64,000 nt of DNA from Paramecium tetraurelia (taxonomy: Eukaryota): assembly GCA_000165425.1 (NCBI GenBank), contig CT868671.1, forward strand, positions 377,027-441,026, in the 5' to 3' direction. Under the pieces are notes generated by a model, which was not told the origin of the DNA, searched no databases, and was given only the letters and a program-made list of their open reading frames with translations. Shown here piece after piece: positions 44,601 through 58,404 of this stretch. How positions within the stretch are numbered: the stretch's first letter is position 1; each line of letters starts with the position of its first letter. Both the position numbers and the translations under genes were made by a program.

Positions 44601-47600
44601 CTTACCTATAATGATAGATTTTACACCAAGATTATTTAATTGTACGAAACTGTAAATGTAAGACATGGTTTAATGGTTGTTGGTGGTACAATATCTGGAA
44701 AAACAACAATAATTAATATATTATCCAAAAGTTTGCAATCTCATATTTATGGATTGAATCCTAAATCAATAACTTCAAAATTATTGTATGGAGATGTCGA
44801 TATGGCAACTAATGAATGGTAGGATGGAATTACTGCAGTGATCTTTAGAGAATGTATTGAGAAGGAAGGTAAGAATTGGGTGTTGTTTGATGGTCCTGTA
44901 GATGCATTATGGATTGAAAACATGAATACAGTATTAGATGATAACAAGAAGCTCTGTTTGACAAATGGTGAAACAATTAAATTAACAGAGCAGATGAGAA
45001 TTATCTTCGAGGTTGAGGATTTAGCTGAGGCATCTCCTGCCACAGTTAGTCGTTGTGGTATGGTATATTTGGAACCTTAAGAAATTGGATGGTAGTCATT
45101 AATATAGGTGTGGAAAAGCCTTTTGACTCCTAATTTCTAGGAACCCTAATATATAGAATTGTTCCATTCCCTATATTAATAATTGGAAGACGTCTTTGAG
45201 GAAATAAAATATAGGTAATTGATTTACACTGCATCGTAAGAATTGCTGGCTTCTAGTTGTTTAAAATTATTTTTTGCTTTTCTGTTGAAGAACAAGACTA
45301 AGGATTAGTTGTTGTAGGATATTGAAATGGAAAACCTTAAAGAGATCCAGATTAAGAGCATTGCAAATGGAAGGTAAGGAAATCAGCAATGTAAAGAAGA
45401 TCAGATAGTTGAATGATAAAGAGAAATTTGAAGTGATAAGTTTCTTCTTCCTTTCAGTTGTATGGACAATTGGAACTTTGTTGGATGGAAATCATAGAAA
45501 ATAATTCAATCAATTGATTCGATAGAAGCTGGAATCAAATTTAGAGGCAAATCAATAACCACCAAAAGAGTTATCAGTGTTTGAGATATACTTCGATATT
45601 GATAAAAAAAATTGGTTGATGTGGAATCAAAAATTAGATTTCCATATTCCCAAAGGCACAGCTTTTCATGAAATCTATGTGCCAACAGCAGAATCGGCAA
45701 GTGTATAAGGTTTATTAAGAATCTTTTTGAATAAACAATTGCCAGTGTTATTATATGGTCGAACTGGAACTGGGAAAACGATGTTGATAAAGAAAGTGTT
45801 GTTAGATGAATTGGATTAAAGCAAATTCATTCCTACAATAACTGCATTTTCAGCAACTACTAATAGTGGATAAGTGTAGGACATTTTGGAATCGAAGTTG
45901 GAAAAGTAAAAAAGAAGAAAAGGTATTTATGGACCTGAAATTGGTAAATGCAATATAATCTTCATTGATGATTTGAATATGCCTTAGAAGGAGTAGTTTG
46001 GAGCACAACCACCACTTGAATTAATTAGACAATGGTTTATTTAATCAGGATGGTATGATAAGAAGTCCTTGGAATTCAAGACCATTATGGATATTTAGTT
46101 TTGTGCAGCCATGGGATTCGGAAGACCTAATATACCTTAAAGGTTGGTTCGACATTTTAATATGATTTATGTGTTGTCTTCCTCAGATGATGCAATGAAA
46201 TACATTTTGTCCAAATTTTTTGAATATGGATTTGATGAGTACGTAGACAAAGTGAAGTTTGTTTCAAAATAATTGCCAAGTTTATGCTTGAGAGTGTATA
46301 AGGAAGTGAGTTAAAGATTTCTACCATTGCCTTCAAGATCTCATTACTTATTCAACTTAAGAGATTTAATCAAAGTCGTTAGAGGATTATTGATGGTACC
46401 TAGTAACAAATATGATGCGACTGGAGATGCCAAATAAAAACTATTGAAATTATGGGCTCATGAGAACATGAGAGTATTCTAGGATAGATTAGTGGATGAG
46501 AAGGATCATAAATAATTTGAATAGATTTTAGTAGAGATCTTGGATGAAGATTGTGCTTTGAAATACTCCGATATTGTCGGATAATCATGTAGATATGGAA
46601 ATTGGTTAGAACCTCATACTCTTTATAAAATATATGTTGAACTAGATGATAATAACAAAGTTATGGAGGTTTTAAATGAGTACATTGGTGAATTCAATGA
46701 CTTTTATCCTAAGTTGAAATTGAACATAGTATTGTTTGAAGATGCCATAGAATTTATCTGTAAAATCAATCGTATAATCAGTCAACCCTTTGGAAATGCT
46801 TTGTTGATAGGGTTGGGAGGAACTGGATGCAGAACTCTATCAAGATTGAGTGCTTTTATGTAGGATTTCAAGATAGGAGAATTAGATTTCGATAAAGACT
46901 TGCTAGAGTGGTATGAATTTTGGAGAGAGATGTTCAAGAATCTATCATTAAAAAATGACAAAAGCATTTTCCTATTATCAGATCAATAAATAGTGACTGA
47001 AATAGTACTGGAGGATATCAACAACATTTTGAATATTGGGGAAATCATTAATCTTTATAATTACGATGACAAAGAGAATCTATTAAGTGACTTCAAAGAG
47101 AATTTATAAAAGGATCGAGAAACCAGAATCCAAGGGAACATCAGTATGTTATAGTTATGGGAATTGTTTGTTAAACAATGTAAAGCCAATCTGCATTTAA
47201 TTATTTACTTGAGTCCAGTTGGAGATAAATTAAAAACAAGACTTAGAAATTTCCCATCTCTTGTTTCATGTACTTCTATTTTATGGATGGAAAGCTGGTC
47301 CCAATAAGCATTGCAACAAGTGGCAGAACATTTGCTACCAGAATCTAGCATTGCTCAAGCTTGTGTTGGAATCCATCATGCTGTTGAATCCATGACTGAA
47401 GTATATTTAAAAAGAACGGGCTATCATTACTATGTCACACCCTTATCTTATATCCAATTACTGAATAGTTTCTAATCCATGTATAATCAATACTCAAATT
47501 CTATCCAATAGAAGAGAGACACATACATCAACGGAGTTAAGATGTTGGATGAGTGTGGATTGGTTGTGGATAAGATGAAGGAAGAACTTGAAGCCTTGTA

Positions 47601-50600
47601 ACCTATTTTGGTTCAGAAAACTCATGAGACTGATTTAATCATGAAGAAAGTCGAGTAGGAAACTGCCATTGCAGAAGATCAAAGAATGAAGGTAAAGGAG
47701 GATGAAATTGAAACTTCCAAGAAGGCAGAAATAGCACAAAATATATCGAATCAGTGTTAGGAGAGATTGAGTGAAGCAGAACCTCAATTAGAAGCTGCAA
47801 TCAAAGCTCTTAAGACACTTAAAATATCCGATTTTGTTGAAATGAAAGCATTGAAAAACCCTCCCAAACCTATCAGATTGACTATGGATTCTGTTTGTAT
47901 CATGTTAGAGAGGAAACCTAAGAAGGCACCTGATGGAGGTGAAGACTATTGGGAGGAAGCTGGCAAAGTGTTAAGTGATCCTGGGAAGTTTATTAAGATG
48001 CTTGAAAAGTACAATAGAAACAACATTCCAGAGAAAGTCATTACTAAAATGACTTAGTTCTTAGATAAAAATAAACAATTCCAACCGGCTCTTATCTCTA
48101 AGGCAAGTTAAGCTGCTGAAGGACTATGTTTATGGGTTTTGGCTATCTATAAGTTCCATTTTGTTTATAAGGAAATCACTCCATTGAGAGAAGAATTCGA
48201 CAAAGCTTAGTAATCTTTAAAAGTGGCCTAAAATGAACTTGCTGCCAAACAGTAGTTATTGCATGAGGTTGAAGAAAAATGTCAAGAATTAAGAGAAACC
48301 TTTGAGAATGAAAATTTCTAAAAGTAAAAGCTTAAGGCATAGATCCAAGATTGTGAAGTCAAATTAAAAAGAGCATTAGAATTGACTAGCGGTTTGGCTG
48401 GAGAAAAAAATAGATGGAAAGAAGAATCCATTAAATTGTCAAATAATATCAAGTCGCTTTTAGGAGATATGTTATTATCTGTTGGATATTTATCATATAT
48501 GGGAGCATTTACCATCTCCTTTAGAAAAACAATCTTAAATAAATGGCAATAGATTATCAAGGAGTAGAATGTGCCCATTTCAGAATCTTACTCTTTACTT
48601 GATTGTCTAAGTACACAATTTGAATTGCAAGAATGGATACTTTGTGGTCTACCTTTGGATGATTTCAGTAAAGAAAATGCCATTATCATGTAAAAGGCTG
48701 ATAGTTATCCCTTAATCATAGATCCTCAAGGGTAAGCGAATAAATTCATTCAGAGAAAAGAGAAGAAAGTAAATGAGCAAAACTTTAAAGTTGCTAAATA
48801 GGATAGATACTTAGGAAATATCTTAGAAACAGCAGTTAGAGATGGCCAAATATTATTGATTTAAGGCATCGAATAATAATTGGATCAAATCCTGGATCCA
48901 GTGTTAAGTAAACAATATTAGATAGCAAATGGCAAACCTATGTTAAGTATAGGCGGGAATCAAGTTTATGTCCATCCTGGATTTAGATTATACCTGGTGA
49001 CTTCATTATCAAATCCACACTATACTCCATCTATTTTGACAAAAGTTACTTTGATTAACTTTACTATTACTTAGGAGGCCTTAAAAGATCAAATGACATC
49101 AATATTAGTCAGAGAGGAAGATGCCTAATTGGAAGATGAGAAGATTAGAATAATGAACGATAACAACTATTACAAATAAAAAATGAAATAGATAGAATCT
49201 CAGATTCTAGAGATGTTATCGAAGACTGAAGGTTCATAAATGTTAGAAGATGAAGCATTAATTTTATAATTACAATAATCGAAGATATTATCTGAAGAAA
49301 TCACATTAAGATTGAAAGAAGCAAAATAAACAGAAGATCGCATTAATCAGAATAGATTGCATTATGATCTTTTGTCTACATTCGCATCTCATACGTATTT
49401 CAGTATACTGAAACTCAACTATTTAGATCCAATGTATGTATTCTCATTAGAATTCTATTAAAGAATATTTAAGAAGGCAATAAGGATAGCAGAAAAACCC
49501 CATTAGAAAAATATCAAATAGAGAATTGTGTTTATAACTGAGTCATTAAAAAGAGTTGTCTTTTAAGAGATCAGCAGATCCATATTTGTGAAACACAAGA
49601 ATCTGTTCTCATTCATGTTATTGATAACATGGTACAATAGCAACAATCTCATAACTAATAATGAATTACAATTTCTATTGACAGGATCAGTCTTGAATGG
49701 AGAAAGATTTAATATTGAAAATCCAGATCCATCGATCTTCACTTAGAATTAATGGGAAATGCTAAACAATTTACATTCCATCATTCCGGGATTATAAATT
49801 GCTAATAGCCAATCAATGATCTCATATTTAGATGATCCATAAAAGAATCAAATACCTGAATAAATCAAACATCTATCAACCTTTTAAAGACTATTGCTGA
49901 TTAGAGCAGCAAGACCACAATATTTTGGTTATTATATGAGAGAATTAATAGCTGAAGATTTGGGACAGTATTTCACTTAAAATCTTCTGTTTGGTTTATA
50001 AGAGAGTTTTGAAGATAGTAATACTACTATACCATTGATATTTGTTTTATAGCCTGGTGATGATCCTTAAGAAGAAGTTAAGAAGTTCAGTTTTGAGAGA
50101 GGAAAGGTTTTGACTTTTGTATCTTTGGGTAAAGGACAGGGAGAGAATGCAACCAATTTGATTATGGAATCTTTGGCTTTGGGTTAATGGGTCATATTAT
50201 AAAATTGTCATTTAGCAATTAGTTGGTTGCCACAATTGGATAACCTATTATAAAATATCAATAGTGAATTACTTAAGAAGGAGAAGGACAAGCTTATGAA
50301 AATCAACACAGAATTTAGATTGTGGATGACTACTATGAGCACTCCCTCATTTCCATAGTAATTATTGATGGACGCTGTCAAAATGACCAAAGATCCCCCT
50401 AAAGGAGTCAAGGATAATATCTAACAGATCTATTTGAATTAGAATAGTTCAAAGAATGAGAAGAAATTCTACGAGAGTTGTGGGGAGAAAACATAGGAGT
50501 TCAAGTAATTTTATCTAGCGTTGTGCTATTTCCATGCAATTGTCAGAGAAAGAAGAAGATATGGACCTGTAGGGTGGAATATTACTTATGATTTTAATGA

Positions 50601-51892
50601 TTCGGATTTTAGAATATCCATTCGCTAACTGAAATAAATGCTTATGGATTATTAAGAGATCCCATTCACAGCATTAATTTATCTAACTGGTGAATGCTAT
50701 TATGGTGGTAAGGTCACTGATGACTGGGATAGAAGATGTTTGAGAGTTCTATTAACTACATTCTATAGGATGGATATCTTTTATGAAAATTATAAATTCA
50801 GTCCTATCCAAGAATATTGCATACCAGATGCTCAACAATTAAATACCTTAGAATAAGCTATTGATTTTATTAATCTATTACCTGAGACCTCGTCTCCAGA
50901 GTTGTTTGGTTTGCATCCAAATGCATCCATCACTCAAGCCTAATTGGAAACTAAGCACATTTTAAATTGTCTTCTAGATGTTGGATTGGTCGAATAAGGA
51001 GCGGAAGAGAACATAGATAAAAATAAATTATTATTAGACAAGGCTGAAAGTCTACTCATCCTAATTCCTAAGCAATTTGATATCAATGTGGTCTAAGAGA
51101 AATTCAAAATTGACTATTATGAAAGCATGAATACTGTCTTATTGTAAGAGGTATTGAGATACAACAACCTATTGAACATTCTATAAAAATCATTGCAGGA
51201 TTTGATTAAAGCTGCTTAAGGTTTGATTGTGATGAGTTAACAATTAGAAAGGATGGGAGAATGTTTACTCAACAATATCTTACCAGAATTATGGAAATAG
51301 AAATCTTATCCGTCCTTGAAGAGTTTGAACAATTATCTTTAGGATTTGCAATTAAGAGTGGAGATGTTTAACAAATGGATATAATTTGGAACTCCAACTA
51401 TCTTTTGGTTGCCTGGATTCTATTTCACCTAATCCTTCTTCACAGGAGTCTTGTAAAATCATGCTAGAAAACATAGAATACCTATAGATTAATTGAAATT
51501 TGACTTTTAGATTGACGTTAAAGAAGAAGAGGGAATTATAATTGATGGATTATACTTAGAAAGTGGTAAATGGAATTAAGAAGAATAAGTGATAGATGAA
51601 CCTGTTAATGGAGTCATCTATTAAAATTTCCCTAAGGTATACTTTATAATAATATATTAGATCTAACTCTTACCAAAATAAAACTTCATTGAAAATCAAG
51701 AAGATTACATTTGTCCAGTCTATAAGACTCTAGATAGAAGAGGTACCCTGTCAACAACAGGTCATTCTACTAATTTCGTAATATTATTTCTTTATCATTT
51801 TTTAGATTATTTCCATTCCTATTAAAACTTAATTAAGTGTCAGCCATTGGGTAAAGAGAGGAACTGCTCTAGTAACATAATTAAATGAATGA
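38675..51892 (+). CDS. Axonemal dynein heavy chain, single-headed inner-arm type (DNAH1-like)
   Basis: [125 protein letters not shown], stalk/[29 protein letters not shown]. The tail has a DNAH1-like LLPLD..W.EC..RVNLRF..E block. Frame break near 45350. Confidence 0.96.
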
Positions 51893-51911
51893 AAATTATA
51901 ATATATTTAAA

Positions 51912-52654
51912 TGTATAAATTCTTATAATTAATTTGAAAAGACACAGAAAATACAAAAAATTTCGTACTTTGTCTCCAAGGTTAAATCACAAGTTCAATG
52001 TAAAATTCAAATAAACTCCCTAGGACTTATAAACTTTATAAAGCCTTGAAGAAATCGAAGCCTGAAAATTCAAAAGCAATGGCTTTGATTATTAATTCAA
52101 GAGGAGTAAGTCTTTCTCATGCTTATTAATAAAAAGAAAGTTTAATTTAATTAGAAATCGATACAAAAATCCTTTGTAAACATTTGCAGAAGATTATGCT
52201 TTGTATGGAGCATTTTATTTGTTTTGTATGTGAGATAAAATATTTTGAAATAAAACTTCAATTTTTGGAGATGTGGGAATATAAATTCAAACCTTGAACA
52301 TCCTCAAATTATTGGAGCATTACAAATTGGAAGTTCTTACTAGCGAGAATCATTCCAAAGATATATTAGAAAATGTTAGCGCTTAGTAGAATTAATATTT
52401 GCTAATACAAATCAGAGAAATGCTTGGATATAGATAAAATACAGAGTCAAGTTTAAATGGATCTATTTATAATGGATAATAATTATTTGAAGAATATAAG
52501 CAAGGATTAGTATATGATTGTTAGATTCAGTGATGGCATAGGACAATATCAAAGCATTTTAGCTAAGGAATTTCATTAAAATAAATTAGAAAATGCAACT
52601 TAAAAAACTTAGAGAGAAAAAATGAAAGAGTTCTTTAAAAGTAAGTTAGATTGA
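51912..52654 (+). pseudogene. Decayed S49/SppA-like peptidase gene
   Basis: SKAMALIINSRG..YKNPLQTFAEDYALYGAFYLFCM*DKIF*NKTSIFGDVGI aligns with the S49 pattern AVAL.INSPGG..PV.AF.ED.AASGGY.LA...D.I.A...SI.GSIGV. In-frame TGAs at 52231 and 52246, with further disruptions. Ends are approximate. Confidence 0.7.
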
Positions 52655-52718
52655 GTGATATTATATTGCAGAGTAATTATGATTCTTGTATTATAATAAA
52701 TTTAGTAATTATTATATT

Positions 52719-53681
52719 ATGCAATATCAATTTCCTATGGAATTAGCTGTTAACAAAGATTGTAGAAAAACATAAAGTGCCAATAAATGTAGAGGGGGGG
52801 AATCGCCAAACAAATTGTACTAAAACTTTACTCATAAAAATTCAAGTCAGCCAAAAGTTGTGAATCTCTTTCGAAGTTTGATTTTGACATTCATATTTAT
52901 AGATCAGCCTAATCGATATAATCAATATTTGCAGACCTCAATAGATGTTCACGAAATAAACAAGTCTAAAAAATCGGTGACTTCTCATCAAAGAGTTAAG
53001 ACGGAGATCGACAAGCCAAATGACTTTAATAAAAGATTCTATCCGAATGAGATCCAAATGTTTTTAAGTAGAATTTCAGGTTTATAGGATAGATAAGGTG
53101 GAGATTTAAAAGAACAAGTTCAATGTGTTGAATAAGACTGCCCTCAATAAGGGCAATCGATTGTAGGCAGTTAAAGTTAATCAAGGAAGGTTTCTTCTCT
53201 ATAATATATATAGTTTATAGAGAAATCTACGATTGCAATCATTCCAAGTAAATTAGTTAACCAGATCTCTAAGATCAAATCCTGAGAAAGACCAATAATT
53301 ATTTAAGTAAAAATGATATCAAATATCAGAAAATAATCGTAATGGGCAGTCGACTCCGAATAATGTCGATGAGAACCCTCAATTCAACTACTTCCAACAC
53401 AAAATAGAGTACAGAAATAGAAGAAGCAATTTCACACAGTCCGATGATGTAACTCCGATACGACGATCAGTATTTCAATAGATTCAAGATTATAGTGATA
53501 CTAAACTGGAGTATAGACAGCATATTTAAGTTATAGTTAAATCAATGTAGCGAAGGAGGAGGAGATAATGCAGTTCTCTTTTGGTATGCAATATAACAAA
53601 CTGAGAGCTTTGAAAAGGTTTCCAAAGGATATATTTTATGGCGATGTTCGAAGGGCAAAGAAAAATTTATCTATGTAATGA
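52719..53681 (+). CDS. Hypothetical protein
   Basis: MQYQFPMELAVNKDC.. with three tiny introns (the last a 20-nt GTATAG..TAAG); TGA at 53679-53681. Confidence 0.6.
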
Positions 53682-53768
53682 TAATTTATCCATATCTTTA
53701 TATATGATCAGAATTATTTATGAAAACTTAAGTGAATATATTTATAGTTAAAATTTCCCTTGATTAAA

Positions 53769-55626
53769 ATGCAATAGCCATAAATAGAGCTGATAAATCT
53801 AGACAAGCCAAAATTGTCAATAGCTTCAGCCCTTTTGTCAAAGAAGTCTGAAAAGAAGAATCAAAGAAAATCCAGATTTTCAAGATTCTCTAGAATAAGC
53901 AAATTATCAGTACACGACCTAAAAACCGGTTTATCTTATATCCGAGAGAGTTGGAGAAGTGGGATGGCAACAACGTTTTTAATAATGCCTTTTGCATTGA
54001 ATGCAGGAAGTTATTCAGGCTTAAATGCAAGTATTGGACTAACATCAGCATTTATTGGAAGCTTTGTAAATGGATTGTTTAGCGGAAGTAACCACTCAAT
54101 TTATGTTCCAAATTAAATGGCGACTCGATTTAATTACCACATCGTTTAAGAGTATGGAGTTGAGGCCGTGCCTTGGGTTACTTTGATGATTGGAATTATA
54201 ATATACATTTGCGGCTTATTCAAATGGCATCATTTAATTGAATTCATGCCAAGCTACGTGATAGAAGGGTATTTTTGGGGTTTGGGATTCTTAATCATTA
54301 ACAACTATATTGATTATGGATTTGGTCTTAGTGATTTACAATCAAACACAGGATTTTAAATATATGAGAATCGGTTCGAGATGTATAAAAGTTACTTTGA
54401 GCGGGGGGATTTGCATCATTTATTTGCAACAATAGGGGTTTTTCTATTTTTGTACATTGGGAATAAGGTTCATAAACCATTTCCTTGGGTGATCGTAAGT
54501 ACCTTTGTAGGGATATTCATTGGGTAATTTTATCCAGATGAAAGGTGCCTGAGAAGTGTTTATGGAGATGTCTCTTTGTCTTTTAATTGGATCGAGACAT
54601 ATGGTGAGATATTCAAGGTTGATTTCAATATTCTCTATAGATTATTCTAAGAAGCCGTTCCAATGGCACTGTTTATAATGACATAGAATTTGATTTGTGC
54701 TAAGGGAGCGGAGATAATGATGAATGTGAAATGTGATTACGATTAAGAAATTGAATGCGTTTCGGTTTGTAATATATTATCAGGGTTACTAGGAGGAATT
54801 CCATGTAATGCCCAACAAAGATTATATGTATTGAACATAAAAGTGAAGGAAGTGAATAAATGGTCATCAATTTTGAATTCGTTTTCTATTTTAATATTTT
54901 ATGGAGTATTAGGGAAGTACTTTATGGAGATCCCACTATTTATAATTGGTGGCTAAGTATTGTACTCAGGGTATTAATGTCCGACTTGGAGTTTTTATGA
55001 CAGAGTACTGGCTACAAGGAGGTATAGAACAATCCTGAAGGTTGTGGCTCTTGCCACTTTATCTGTCTATTATGGTCCTATACCTGCCTCTTTGATTGGG
55101 AGTCTATATGCATTGTTGAAATTCGCAGAAACGATGAGTGCAGCTGCCAGCGAAATAGTTCTTAAACAAGGAGTGCAGAGTGTAAAGTTAAGGCATTCGA
55201 TGACTAGATAGCAAGATGGGGAAGATGAACAAAGAGTGCAAGTAGACGTTGAAAATGATCTGTTGGATGATGTCAATACTGAATATATCATATATCGATT
55301 CAATGGATCACTGAATTACATTAATGCGAAAGTAAATGGTTGATATATTGAAAGAATCATGTCGAATAGATTAAACGATTGCCTGAGATAGATACTATTG
55401 TGTTTAGTTTTAGATATGTTAGCGTTTTGGATGAACAAGCCTTGGATCGTTTAGGGGTTATTATGGATAATTTGCTAAGTAATTGCATGTGTTGATTTTA
55501 GAGAGTGGAAGAGAATTGTATTTCACTGGTTTACATGAACAGATGATCGAGCAAATGAAATTTAATTAATTTTTTAAAGACTTTATCGAAATTAAGTCTC
55601 AAAATCTGAAATTCTTAGGAAAATGA
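53769..55626 (+). CDS. SLC26/SulP family anion transporter with STAS domain
   Basis: MPFALNAGSYSGLNASIGLTSAFIGSFVNGLFSGS, LIEFMPSYVIEGY, DYDQEI..NILSGLLGGIP, multiple TM helices, STAS-like IIYRFNGSLNYINA. Confidence 0.88.
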
Positions 55627-55739
55627 TGTATTTTTTTAATAAATTACCATATTATGTAATGTAGGTTTATAATATGCAATATCATATATATAAATGTCGC
55701 ACCTGATTATTACTTATGTGACATCATTAAATTTAATAC

Positions 55740-57280
55740 ATGAGATTGTTATTGTCTTTGTTTGTTTTTGTTGCACTCATTCATTGTAAAACGAAAGAAG
55801 AATGGAAGAGTCGATCAGTTTATTAATTGCTTACTGATAGATTTGCTACAAGCTAGGGCAAATCAACCTCATGCAATTTGGGCAACTACTGTGGTGGTGA
55901 CTACAAGGGAATGATTCAACAACTTGATTATATTCAGAGTAAATATAATAATAATAATTTTCAGATTTGGGATTTGATGCTATTTGGATTACACCTGTCG
56001 TAGATAACTATGATGGTGGATATCATGGATATTGGGCCAGGAATATGTATGACGTCAATCGAAATTTCGGTTCTGCTGACGATTTGAAGGCTCTTGTCAA
56101 CGCCTGTCATGCTAGGGACATATGGGTTATGGTTGATGTAGTGGCTAATCATGTAATTATCTCATCTTAAATTAGATGGGAAACACAAATCTTAATTTCA
56201 ATTAGAACTACCCCTTCAATCAATCATCTCATTATCATGACTGGTGTGATATCTCAGACAACGATTTTAACTCACATAATCTTTATAATATTGAAAGATG
56301 TAGACTTGCAGGTCTGGCTGATCTCAATTAAGATAACCAATTTGTTACAGAATAATTATTATAATGGATCAAATGGCTTGTCTAAGAATTTAAGTTTGAC
56401 GGAATCAGAATTGATACACTCATGATGGTCAAAACTGATTTCTGGTATAAGTTTTCCAATGCTGCCGGTGTCTATACAGTTGGAGAAGTATTCGATGGTG
56501 ACATGAATTTCTTAAAACAATTTGTTGGTCCTGTTGATGCCCTATTGAATTACCCTCTGTTCTACACAGCCAGAGATGTGTTCCTACATTGGAGAGACAT
56601 GAACGCATTTGAAAATTACTATAATAGTCTAACCAACTCTTGGGGCAAGTAAAACATTCAATATGCTGGAAATTTCAACGACAATCACGATAATGCAAGA
56701 TTCTTAAACGACCAAGTCTCAGGATACATTCCAGATGAAGTATTCTTAAGTGACAAACCTCATTTGACCTTTTCTGCTATCAAAAAGCTCTAATTCAAGG
56801 CCATCACTGCGTTTTGTCTCACCTCTGTGGGAATCCCTATGATTTACTATGGTAGTGAATAACTCTATGCTGGTGGTAATGATCCATAAAACAGAGAGGT
56901 TTTGTGGGGTAATTTGGATTAGTAAGAATTTAATTTATCAATAGATCATCTGAAATGTATAAATTCATCCAAGCAATCAATAATGCTCGTAAGGCTACAA
57001 ATGCAGGAAATTAAGACTAAATTCAAAGATATTCAGACTCTGAAATCTATGCCTTCACCAGAGGTACCTTGTTCGCTGCATTCTCGAGTAAATACGACAG
57101 ATAAGTTACCAAGACCATCACCTATCATCCATATGCTGAAGGTATAAAATAGATTCATAATTTTTAGGAACAACTCTTTGCAATATCTTTTATCCAACAA
57201 CCGATTGTATCAAAATTGCTAGTGGAAAATTCACATTATATTTAAATTATGGAGAAGTCAAGATCTTCGTTCCAAAATGA
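55740..57280 (+). CDS. Secreted alpha-amylase (GH13, fungal/acid-amylase type)
   Basis: Signal peptide; EEWKSRSVYQLLTDRFA, YCGGDYKG, GFDAIWITPV, YHGYW, VMVDVVANH, DGIRIDT, GEVF, DNHDNARF, GGNDPQNRE. Confidence 0.95.
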
Positions 57281-57372
57281 TTTAATTTATATCATTCAAT
57301 ATAAATATAATAATATTAATAAACCTTTTTTTAAGTGAAAATAAATTATTAATAAATTTATTGTTAAAATAG

Positions 57373-58113
57373 ATGGACAATCCTATCAAACTAAGTTAAT
57401 TGAATTCCTCTTCAGAACATAAGGAAATAGTAGATAAGCTCTTCAAGATTCCAACCCAATAAATACAGAAAGTCAATTAGAAATAATAATCGAAATCTGA
57501 CATCATTAATGAATTGCGCCAAGAGAATTATGATTTAAAAAATACAGTCAATGATTTGAAATAAAGAATTCAAGAATTAGAATAACAATTACAAAATTAA
57601 TAAAATCCCCAAATTGAAGAAGAGAATTAGGAACAAGTTTCTGTTGAGAAATAGTAAAATGAAATATAAGAGGAAATGACAGAGGAAGAAAAATCAATTC
57701 ATTTAGCATTCATGTTGCAATAACAAGAAGAAATGGAATTTTAAAATCGTCTAACACAGTATATATTTTTATTCATCCTTCACTAGAATGCAGAACAACG
57801 TAGATCTCGATGAAATGAGCTATGAGTAATTACAAGAATTGCAAGAAAAGATGGGATTCGTAAGCAGAGGGTTGCTCCAGAACCAAATTCAATTGCTTTT
57901 GAAATAATGCAAAATCAAACAATAAATCAACGATTGGTATGAAATGTTGTAGATTTTAGTTGTACAATCTGCTTAGAAGATAGTGGAAGTCCTGTTGAAA
58001 TTGAGCTGGAATGCAGCCATGTGTTTCATCAAGATTGCATTTCTGAATGGCTTTCAAGGGAAAAACATTGTCCCGTATGCAAGAGAGACATAAATCTTAG
58101 TAAATTCAAATGA
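57373..58113 (+). CDS. RING-H2 E3 ligase (BIG BROTHER/RNF38-44-like C-terminus)
   Basis: Coiled coil; EEEKSIHLAFMLQQQE; DLDEMSYEQLQELQEKMGFVSRGL; CTICLED..LECSHVFHQDCISEWL..CPVCK. Confidence 0.9.
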
Positions 58114-58404
58114 TATATGTTTTACTTATTTACTGTAAATATTTGTATTTGAATTATATCTCTGATACGAACTAATAGAATTATCAATGAAAGCAACACT
58201 AGAAATGGCCATTAATAATAGTGAACTAGAATTATAGTATATTCGGATTAAGTAATTAATTAATTTTTTACTTATTGGGAAGGTTGGATTAAATCTTCTT
58301 TTTAATTATTTGTGAGGAATCAGAGATGGCTGGATAGGGAAAGAACGAATGTTTGGAATATGAATTAATAATATATAATAATATATTATTCAGAAAAACG
58401 AATA

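Noticed and set aside
52231..52248. In-frame TGAs as selenocysteine or readthrough codons
   Set aside because: They are not at catalytic Cys positions, other lesions surround them, and no SECIS-like element was recognisable. Pseudogene is the simpler explanation.
58167..58363. Small ORF between the RING-H2 and TMEM185-like genes
   Set aside because: It is short, interrupted by TGA, and its intron-like piece has no proper AG; it cannot be supported as a gene.
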